Source: a virus (lineage: Duplodnaviria; Heunggongvirae; Uroviricota; Caudoviricetes). Taken from it: a stretch of 64,000 nucleotides of DNA. The notes beneath the pieces were generated by a model, which ran no database searches, had not been told where the DNA came from, and saw only the letters and a program-made list of their open reading frames with translations. The stretch is taken from the IMG/VR virus record IMGVR_UViG_3300031993_000021. One strand, written 5' to 3'. The translations under genes were made by a program, and so were the position numbers. Shown here piece by piece: positions 57,192 to 64,000 of the stretch (position 1 is its first letter; the number at the start of each line of letters is the position of its first letter).

Positions 57192-57587
57192 ATGGCTTAC
57201 AAGCATTTCAATAATAATCCGAGGCATAAGCATAATGTGGGTGACTGCGTGATAAGAGCTGTATCCAAAGCATTACATATTTCATGGGAAACAGCCTACA
57301 TCGATATGGTAATGCAAGGCTATTTAATGGCTGATATGCCATCATCAAACGCGGTCCTTAACTCATACTTGCGTACAAAAGGATTTACAAAGCATACATT
57401 ACCTGATACTTGCCCTGATTGTTATAGTTTTGAGGATTTTGCAATAGATAACCCTCAAGGAACTTTTATTCTTGGAACCGGTACACATGTTGCAGCTTGC
57501 ATTGATGGAATAATCTATGATGCATGGGATTCTTCTGATTGTGTGCCTATCTACTATTATGAAAGGGAAAATTATGAATTATCCTAA
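57192..57587 (+). CDS. hypothetical protein (papain-like Cys/His pattern), first gene of six-gene cluster
   Basis: NNP..HNVGDCVIRAVSKA...GTHVAACIDGIIYDAWDS. Confidence 0.6.
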   Translation: MAYKHFNNNPRHKHNVGDCVIRAVSKALHISWETAYIDMVMQGYLMADMPSSNAVLNSYLRTKGFTKHTLPDTCPDCYSFEDFAIDNPQGTFILGTGTHVAACIDGIIYDAWDSSDCVPIYYYERENYELS

Positions 57588-58011
57588 TTATCCGAGTTAT
57601 TATCAGAACTATCCAAATTATCAGCAACAGTATCAACAGCCTATTCAGGTATCTCAGCCCACTCAGTCTATACAGAACATGCAGAATCAGATTCTTGCAT
57701 GGGTAAGCAGTGAAGAGGAAGGAACAAACTTTCCTTTAAGCCCTGGGCAGAGTATTTTCCTAATGAACCAGAAAGAACCTTATTTATATATGAAGTCTGT
57801 AGACCAGCTTGGTAAGACTACCTTTATCAAGAAGAGACTTATTGATGAGAGCGATAATCCTGAAAACAAGATTGATCTTAAGGACTATATAAAAAGGGAA
57901 GAGTTAGAGAATCTAATCACGGACAAGATACAGAAAGAGGTTGAGAAACGAGTATCCCAGATTTCATTTAAACCCACAAAGAAGAAAGTAGTTGAAGATG
58001 ATGAGGAATAA
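57574..58011 (+). CDS. Asn/Gln/Tyr/Pro-rich hypothetical protein
   Basis: NYPNYPSYYQNYPNYQQQYQQP...FPLSPGQSIFLMN. Confidence 0.7.
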   Translation: MNYPNYPSYYQNYPNYQQQYQQPIQVSQPTQSIQNMQNQILAWVSSEEEGTNFPLSPGQSIFLMNQKEPYLYMKSVDQLGKTTFIKKRLIDESDNPENKIDLKDYIKREELENLITDKIQKEVEKRVSQISFKPTKKKVVEDDEE

Positions 58012-58014
58012 TAT

Positions 58015-58320
58015 ATGAATCCATTTTTTAATCCAATGATGATGGCAAGGATGAATCCTATGCAGAATATCATGAATGTGATGCAACAGGTTCGGCAGAT
58101 TAAGCAGAATCCTAATCAGCTTGCAAGTCTTTTACAGCAAAGAGGAATGATAAGCAATGAGCAGATGAGTGATATTCAGAACATGGGTAATAACTATGAG
58201 CAGATAGGGCGGTATCTAATGAACAATGGGAAAATGCCGACTAATGTTCAGCAATATCAAGGGCAAGTAGAACAGGTTCAGAATATGATGAATCAAGGTT
58301 TTAATGCGCATAAAACATAA
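58015..58320 (+). CDS. Met/Asn/Gln-rich hypothetical protein
   Basis: MNPFFNPMMMARMNPMQNIMNVMQQ. Confidence 0.7.
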   Translation: MNPFFNPMMMARMNPMQNIMNVMQQVRQIKQNPNQLASLLQQRGMISNEQMSDIQNMGNNYEQIGRYLMNNGKMPTNVQQYQGQVEQVQNMMNQGFNAHKT

Positions 58321-58345
58321 ATATCTTAATGAAAGGAGTTCTATT

Positions 58346-59218
58346 ATGAACGATGAGTCAATGGTAATGCCGGTTGCTCCTGCATATGGTGGCGGTGGCT
58401 TTGGCGGCGGTTTTGGCTATGGAAGTGACTTTTGGCTTATTCTTATCATCTTATTTGCTTTCGGCGGATGGGGTGGAGGATTTGGCGGTTTTGGTGCTAA
58501 TAGCTTTGCAGCTGATGGTGCTATGCTTTATCCTTGGATGAATCAGGCTGAAATCACAACAAATGGATTCCAGAATCAGGCTACTAACACAGCTATCAAT
58601 GGCTTGCAGAACTCTGTAACATCCGGATTTGGTGATGTACAGCTTGGTATTGCAGGCATCAATCAGAATATCTGTCAGACAGGTAGCGGAATAACACAGG
58701 CTGTCAATAATGGCTTTGCACAGGCTGAGATTGCAAACAACACAAGACAGATTGCAAATCTTCAGCAGGCATTCGCTAATCAGACAGCTATGAATCAGGG
58801 CTTTAGCGGTTTACAGACACAGCTTGCTACATGTTGCTGTGACAATAGGGCAGGACTTGCAGACCTTAAGTACACAGTTGCAACAGAGGCTTGCGCAGAT
58901 AGATCAGCAGTCAATGATGCTCTTAGAGACGTTCTTGCTGCTAATACTGCATCAACTCAGAGAATCCTTGACCAGATGTGCCAGGATAAGATTGATGCTA
59001 AGAATGAGAAGATTGTTGAGCTTCAGAATCAGCTTACAATGGCTGAGCTTAGAGCTAATAACAATCAGCAGACTCAGACACTTCTTACAGACAATCTTGC
59101 ACAGACAAATGCTCTTGAACAGTATCTTGCACCTGTTCCCAGACCTGCTTATATTGTTCAGAATCCTAATTGCTGCACAAATACATGCGCGTACAATTGC
59201 GGATGCGGCGTAGGCTGA
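58346..59218 (+). CDS. Gly-rich, Cys-motif coiled-coil protein
   Basis: GGGGFGGGFG..FWLILIILFAFGGWGG, LATCCCD, C-terminal NPNCCTNTCAYNCGCG. Confidence 0.75.
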   Translation: MNDESMVMPVAPAYGGGGFGGGFGYGSDFWLILIILFAFGGWGGGFGGFGANSFAADGAMLYPWMNQAEITTNGFQNQATNTAINGLQNSVTSGFGDVQLGIAGINQNICQTGSGITQAVNNGFAQAEIANNTRQIANLQQAFANQTAMNQGFSGLQTQLATCCCDNRAGLADLKYTVATEACADRSAVNDALRDVLAANTASTQRILDQMCQDKIDAKNEKIVELQNQLTMAELRANNNQQTQTLLTDNLAQTNALEQYLAPVPRPAYIVQNPNCCTNTCAYNCGCGVG

Positions 59219-59233
59219 TAAGGAGGTATAGCT

Positions 59234-59710
59234 ATGGCTGAGTATGTATACAATGCAGTTCAGGAAGTACAGCCGAATCAAAATGTATTATTGCAGAGCA
59301 GTATTCCTTGTGGAAAAGGCTATGTATATCATAGGGAAGGCTCAGGCATTCTTACTCTTAAAGGCGTAGTAAACAATCCTTCAGCGTGTTTTGCACGTTA
59401 TCAGGCTACGTTTAATGGAAATATAGCAGTTCCTTCAGACGGAACAGTTGGTCCAATAGCGATTGCTTTAGCAATTAATGGAGAACCAATCCAGTCATCT
59501 AAAGCAATAGTTACTCCCGCAGCGGTTGCAGCAGATCCGCCAACAACTGCAAACTTTTTCAATGTAACATCTACGGCAATCATCACTGTACCTAAAGGAT
59601 GTTGCTTTACATTATCAATAGAAAATGATAGTGAAGGAGCTACGGCAGCGGATGCAGCAACAGCTATACTTGTACAGAATGCAAATCTTACTATTACCAG
59701 GATTGCATGA
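59234..59710 (+). CDS. BclA C-terminal/C1q-like beta-sandwich protein
   Basis: YHREGSGILTL, YQATFNGNIA, LAINGEP, NANLTITRIA. Confidence 0.6.
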   Translation: MAEYVYNAVQEVQPNQNVLLQSSIPCGKGYVYHREGSGILTLKGVVNNPSACFARYQATFNGNIAVPSDGTVGPIAIALAINGEPIQSSKAIVTPAAVAADPPTTANFFNVTSTAIITVPKGCCFTLSIENDSEGATAADAATAILVQNANLTITRIA

Positions 59711-60150
59711 AAGGAGCGCAGATGAAAGTATATGACCAGATAAGAGATATGCTGTGCGATGAGCTTGAAGGGATTGCGAAGAAGAAAGAGCTTACTACTA
59801 ATAGCCTGGAAGTCCTTTATAAAGGCGTAGATATTCTTAAAGATATCTCAACCATCGAAGCTATGGAGCAGGAATACGGCAGCTCACATGATAGTGGATA
59901 TTCTGGTGGTTATTATGGAAGAATGCCTTATTACATGTATGATGACGGTATGGGCGGTCATGGTAATTCTTATGGCAGAGGTCGTAATGCTAGACGCGAT
60001 TCTATGGGAAGATATTCAAGTGAGGGAAGATCATATGATTATGACTACTCAGGCGATACCAAAGAAGAATTGCAGAGGCTTATGAACTCAGCTCAGAATG
60101 ACAGAGAAAGAGAAGCTATTAGAAAAGCACTCGACAGCATGAATAGATAA
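59707..60150 (+). CDS. Tyr/Gly/Arg-rich hypothetical protein
   Basis: YGRGRNARRDSMGRYSS. Confidence 0.7.
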   Translation: MKGAQMKVYDQIRDMLCDELEGIAKKKELTTNSLEVLYKGVDILKDISTIEAMEQEYGSSHDSGYSGGYYGRMPYYMYDDGMGGHGNSYGRGRNARRDSMGRYSSEGRSYDYDYSGDTKEELQRLMNSAQNDREREAIRKALDSMNR

Positions 60151-60160
60151 TATAAAAGAA

Positions 60161-60189
60161 GGGATAGCTATATCGGCTATCCCTATTTT
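60161..60189. terminator. terminator hairpin
   Basis: gggatagc...gctatccc followed by tatttt. Confidence 0.6.
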
Positions 60190-60201
60190 CTATCAAATTG
60201 T

Positions 60202-60250
60202 GTATAATGTAGATATTATCTAGCATGGAGAGTTTTTATATACATTACAC
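60202..60250. other. candidate attP for serine integrase
   Basis: imperfect inverted arms gtataatgtagat / atatacattacac (11/13) spanning 49 bp just downstream of the integrase. Confidence 0.4.
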
Positions 60251-60291
60251 CCTTGGATAAAATCAAGGCTAAACAGTCTATAAAAAAATAA

Positions 60292-61641
60292 TCATAAAAA
60301 TTTCCAAAGAATATCTACTCTGTCATTATATAGCTCAACCCTTGAAATAAGCGCATCTACAACTTTACGCTTGTCTTCGGTTGTGCCATTTTCAAAAGTT
60401 TCTTTGGCGATTTTTAGTGTATCAACTATATGTTTTTTTACAGCTTTCTTTGGCTTTTGACTTATTTTCTGTAAGGCTGCTTTTTTTGATTTCAGGTCCT
60501 TGATTTTCTTGGCAAGTTCTTCAACATCATCACCGCAGATTGCATATAGATCAATAAGTCGCTTAACCTGTTTGTCTATTTTTTCAATCTCGGCTGAATT
60601 ATCAACTATAGGAGTATCATCTTCTTTGATTTTAATCTTATCAGCATCCAATTTAAGGATTTCAGAAATAACAATATTATCTATTTCTTCTTCTTTTTTG
60701 GGTGTAAGCTCACATTTATGGTCAATCTTATTTAATTGTCCAGAATCAAGTCTTCCACATCTATAATAGCCAAATTTTTTTGACTTATAAGTGGTTGAAC
60801 ATGATCTGACTCTACTTCCACAATAACCACAAAAAATCATTCCGGTTAGTAGATGCTTTCCAGTAGGTGTTTTTCCACCTTTTTTTCGTTCATCAAGCAT
60901 TGTTTGTACCTTTTCAAATGTTTCCAAATCAATAATTGGTTCATGCTGTCCTTTATACTCACCAATCATACCTATATATACAGGATTGCTTAAGATTTTT
61001 CTAACTGTTCCAACATAATTCCATGAGGTATATCGTGTAGTGTAATGTTGCTGTAGGAAACGAGTTATATCACGGATGCTATTTCCATTTAGATACATAT
61101 TGAAAATAAGTTTTACTTGCTCGGATTCGGTATTTATATGTAATTTACCATCTTTATAATCGTAGCCTATTGGATTATAGTAACCTCCATGCCAAAGACC
61201 TTTTCTTTTTCTTCCTTCCTTACCCATTTTCATTCGTTCTTTAATTTGTGAGCGCTCAAGCTGAGCAAATGCAGAAAGAATGCCGACCATCGCGATGCCC
61301 AGCGCGGTTGACGTATCAAATGATTCTTCAATAGAAACGAAACTACAACCATGAGGGGCAAAAACATCTTGTATAAGATATAAAGTGTCTTTTTGGGACC
61401 TTGATAAACGGTCTAGTTTATTAACCAAAACTATATCGTATGCGTCAATTTCTTCAATGAGATTTTGTAGAGCAGGACGTTCAAGACTACCACCTGAGAA
61501 TCCGGGATCTTTATATATTTTTACTAAGTTCCAATCTTTTGAACTACAATAAGCTTTTATTCTTTTTTCTTGTTCAGACAAAGAATAGCCTTTATCTGCC
61601 TGTCGGTCTGTGCTTACGCGCAGATATGCTGCAATATTCAA
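60292..61641 (-). CDS. large serine recombinase (integrase)
   Basis: AAYLRVSTDRQ catalytic Ser, SGGSLERPALQ, KLDRLSR, recombinase domain, Zn ribbon CGYCG..YYRC, coiled coil. Confidence 0.95.
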   Translation of the reverse strand: MNIAAYLRVSTDRQADKGYSLSEQEKRIKAYCSSKDWNLVKIYKDPGFSGGSLERPALQNLIEEIDAYDIVLVNKLDRLSRSQKDTLYLIQDVFAPHGCSFVSIEESFDTSTALGIAMVGILSAFAQLERSQIKERMKMGKEGRKRKGLWHGGYYNPIGYDYKDGKLHINTESEQVKLIFNMYLNGNSIRDITRFLQQHYTTRYTSWNYVGTVRKILSNPVYIGMIGEYKGQHEPIIDLETFEKVQTMLDERKKGGKTPTGKHLLTGMIFCGYCGSRVRSCSTTYKSKKFGYYRCGRLDSGQLNKIDHKCELTPKKEEEIDNIVISEILKLDADKIKIKEDDTPIVDNSAEIEKIDKQVKRLIDLYAICGDDVEELAKKIKDLKSKKAALQKISQKPKKAVKKHIVDTLKIAKETFENGTTEDKRKVVDALISRVELYNDRVDILWKFL

Positions 61642-61644
61642 AAT

Positions 61645-61989
61645 TTACTTCCTTTCGTTACTGTGAATCATTCTAACAAAGTTAATAATATCTTCCTTGC
61701 GGGCATCAGATAATTCTCTAAACATCGATATCAATTCGGTTTCCTTTATGTCTTTTGCCTTATTATCTGTGGGAACATCACTGTTTAATTGATTTACAAT
61801 ATCATCCGCAGAGACATTCATTACCTGGGCAACTTTATTGATGGTCTTGATAGTGGGTATAATACTCGAATCTCTTTCTAATAATGAGATATAGGGTGCA
61901 CTCAAGCCACTTAAAGCTGCAAAACGTCTTATTGACATTTCTTCTTCACTAGATAAGCGGAAGTTCTTGATTATCTCACCTAATGTCAT
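61645..61989 (-). CDS. CI-like XRE repressor
   Basis: LGEIIKNFR...SIRRFAALSGLSAPYISLLE; divergent from Cro-like gene. Confidence 0.85.
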   Translation of the reverse strand: MTLGEIIKNFRLSSEEEMSIRRFAALSGLSAPYISLLERDSSIIPTIKTINKVAQVMNVSADDIVNQLNSDVPTDNKAKDIKETELISMFRELSDARKEDIINFVRMIHSNERK

Positions 61990-62038
61990 AGCTCTTTCCT
62001 CCTAAAAATATAATTGTTCAGATAAATAATAACACAAA

Positions 62039-62135
62039 TGTCTAATATGTTCAACATAAATGTATAATATATTATACACGAAATGTCGAATATATTATTG
62101 ATTATATTATGTTATAGTGTATAATATATTTAACA
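62039..62135. promoter_or_regulatory. CI/Cro operator cluster
   Basis: perfect palindrome tgtataatatattataca (62061-62078) plus variants at 62039, 62084 and 62118. Confidence 0.75.
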
Positions 62136-62161
62136 CGTTCAAAACAGTGGGAGGGAGAAAA

Positions 62162-62353
62162 ATGGAATATAAAATAAGGGAATTACGAAAGGGAAAAGGC
62201 TGGTCGCAAGGGGAACTCGCAAAAAGAGCAGGTATCTCAAGAGCTAATATTGCTCGGCTTGAAGGAAAAAAAGATGTTGTGACAACGACAGATACATTAA
62301 AGGCAATTTCAGATGCACTTGAGGTGCCTATGGATTCTCTTTTTTTGTCTTAA
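62162..62353 (+). CDS. Cro-like XRE protein
   Basis: IRELRKGKGWSQGELAKRAGISRANIARLE. Confidence 0.88.
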   Translation: MEYKIRELRKGKGWSQGELAKRAGISRANIARLEGKKDVVTTTDTLKAISDALEVPMDSLFLS

Positions 62354-62398
62354 TATGTCTAGTATACTATACACCTTTAGGTGTAGTGGCACTGAGGG

Positions 62399-63070
62399 AT
62401 GAGTATGAATAAAGAAATTGTTTACTTGAGAAAAGATGATGCATTTACAGACAGCTTGGTTATTGCAGAGGCAACAAACAATCAACACGAGTCACTTATA
62501 AGATTGATTAGGCAACATCAAGAGAGATTAGAAAAGTTCGGGAAGATTGAATTTTCCGATTTGAAATCGGAAAAAAGAGGTAGACCGAAAAAGTATTGTC
62601 TACTTAATGAACCACAAGCAACATTGCTCATATCTTTTCTTGATAATTCGGATATTGTTGCAGATTTCAAGGTCGAACTTGTTAAGAAGTTTTTCGAGAT
62701 GCGAAAATTCATTGCTGAAAGACATACAAAAGAATGGATTGAAACTCGTCGGCAGGGCAAATTAGCAAGAAAAGACGAAACGGATGAGATAAAGAAATTT
62801 ATTGAATATGCAATAGCACAGGGCAGTAATCATTCTTCGTGGTATTATAAGGCTTTTTCTGAACTAGCAGATAAGATGTGTGGGATAAAGCCAAAGCATA
62901 GAGATGATGCGACAACGATGCAATTAAACAATCTTGCTATTTTTGAAAATATTATTCTTCAGATTATTAAACACGATTTGAAAGAAGGGATTCCATATAA
63001 ACAGATTTATCAGAATTGTAAAGACCGATGCAATATGGCTAGAGATATCGCGATGATTAGCAGTTATTGA
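62399..63070 (+). CDS. rha: Rha-family phage regulatory protein
   Basis: FTDSLVIAE...HESLIRLIR...YCLLNEPQATLLISFL...FKVELVKKFFEM. Confidence 0.88.
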   Translation: MSMNKEIVYLRKDDAFTDSLVIAEATNNQHESLIRLIRQHQERLEKFGKIEFSDLKSEKRGRPKKYCLLNEPQATLLISFLDNSDIVADFKVELVKKFFEMRKFIAERHTKEWIETRRQGKLARKDETDEIKKFIEYAIAQGSNHSSWYYKAFSELADKMCGIKPKHRDDATTMQLNNLAIFENIILQIIKHDLKEGIPYKQIYQNCKDRCNMARDIAMISSY

Positions 63071-63196
63071 GGTAGATTATGACAAAAATGAAGGTTCGGA
63101 ATCTTAATCTTAATAGGGAAGAGATAGATATAACGAAGCTTAAGATACCAAGTAATAGTGCTTTTTACGATGTAATAAAAACATTGGAGGGGAAAT

Positions 63197-63418
63197 ATGC
63201 TCGGAATGATCGACAGGATACATATAAAAAAAGGCAGGTCAAGTAGAAAGGGCAGTTATGGCTTCATAAGTGCTTATGATGGGGAAACTTATTGGTTTAA
63301 GTATAGGGAAGAAGATGATTTAAAGGTTGGCGATGAGGTTAGTTTCACGGGAGGATTTAATGATAAAGGATACGTTGCGAGATACGTTAAGAAAATTGGC
63401 GAAGAAGATAGATTTTGA
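63197..63418 (+). CDS. cold-shock (OB-fold) domain protein
   Basis: KGSYGFISAYDGETYWF...LKVGDEVSF...KGYVA. Confidence 0.7.
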   Translation: MLGMIDRIHIKKGRSSRKGSYGFISAYDGETYWFKYREEDDLKVGDEVSFTGGFNDKGYVARYVKKIGEEDRF

Positions 63419-63959
63419 GATTCTTGCCTATACGGTATTAATGGTTGTTCTTTTATATTTGGCGTTTTGGTTTTTATCAATTGATGTTGAAAATGTTCAG
63501 ATAGAAGAGACTAGGTATATTGAACAAAGCAACAAAAGAAGCTTGATAGAACCAAAGGCTGCGATAGTTCAAAATGATTGCGTTGAACTTGACATAGACG
63601 ATGCTCAACTTCTTATGAAACTTGCATGGAGTGAAGCAGGGAATCAGGGAATTGAAGGACAGCTCGCAATAATGAATGTAGTTATGAACCGGGTTAACGA
63701 TGAGAATTTTCCTAATACAGTTAAGGGAGTTATATATCAGAAACTTGGAGATTGCTATCAATTTTCAGTAGCAGGGAATGGAGTTCTTAATAAGGCTCAA
63801 CCCACAGAAGAAACACATCAAGCATTGGCAGAATTAGAGGGTGGAAGAGATATTTCGCAGGGGGCGCTTTTCTTTGAAGCAATGTCGAGTGGGAATAGCT
63901 GGCATAAAAGGAATAAGGAGTTTATTTTCGAAGATTACGGACAAAGATTTTATAAATAA
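63360..63959 (+). CDS. SleB-like cell wall hydrolase (Hydrolase_2) with TM anchor
   Basis: LLMKLAWSEAGNQGIEGQLAIMNVVMNRV...FPNTVKGVIYQ..YQFS..GALFF; GGAGG RBS before 63360. Confidence 0.88.
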   Translation: MIKDTLRDTLRKLAKKIDFEILAYTVLMVVLLYLAFWFLSIDVENVQIEETRYIEQSNKRSLIEPKAAIVQNDCVELDIDDAQLLMKLAWSEAGNQGIEGQLAIMNVVMNRVNDENFPNTVKGVIYQKLGDCYQFSVAGNGVLNKAQPTEETHQALAELEGGRDISQGALFFEAMSSGNSWHKRNKEFIFEDYGQRFYK

Positions 63960-64000
63960 GAGAGAGCCACATAGATTGCTCTACGTGGCTTGGTAAAAAC

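Noticed and set aside
62061-62078. dif-like Xer site reading of the TGTATAATATATTATACA palindrome
   Set aside because: The ATAA and TTAT arms are 4 bp apart rather than the 6 bp of dif sites, and the copies cluster between CI and Cro as operators do.
428-63761. Many opposite-strand ORFs in the supplied track (e.g. 4115..4612, 20326..20805, 49172..49603)
   Set aside because: They shadow well-supported genes, lack RBS and recognisable motifs, and are expected by chance.
1-64000. tRNA/rRNA genes and genetic code reassignment
   Set aside because: No cloverleaf with a T-loop consensus seen in intergenic gaps; known genes are full length under the standard code.

Overview
The whole window is bacteriophage DNA: an AT-rich temperate siphovirus of a gut Clostridia-type (probably Lachnospiraceae-like) host, with no host housekeeping genes. 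Replication genes are not in the window, so the genome is larger than 64 kb. Order: dense small early ORFs (1-9.7 kb); XRE gene, then a TnpB with degraded RuvC motifs, its omegaRNA and a 36-bp CRISPR-like array that decays into spacer-less repeats (9.4-11.8 kb); type I toxin-antitoxin (TA) loci and a XerC-like recombinase (12.3-13.9 kb); a leftward operon with FtsK-like ATPase, ART-like protein and LPD29-like protein (14.4-18.8 kb); split terS/terL packaging region; a GNAT moron; portal and MuF; a fibre gene block with an invertible C-terminal cassette and its tyrosine invertase (29-36.5 kb); capsid and tail genes with two predicted -1 frameshifts; lysis genes; an Rpn moron; a six-gene Gly/Gln/Asn-rich cluster; candidate attP, serine integrase, CI/Cro, Rha, cold-shock and SleB-like genes. 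The strongest candidate for an undescribed system is the cas-free, probably nuclease-dead TnpB + omegaRNA + CRISPR array unit. All calls come from motif recognition by eye; no database searches were run.
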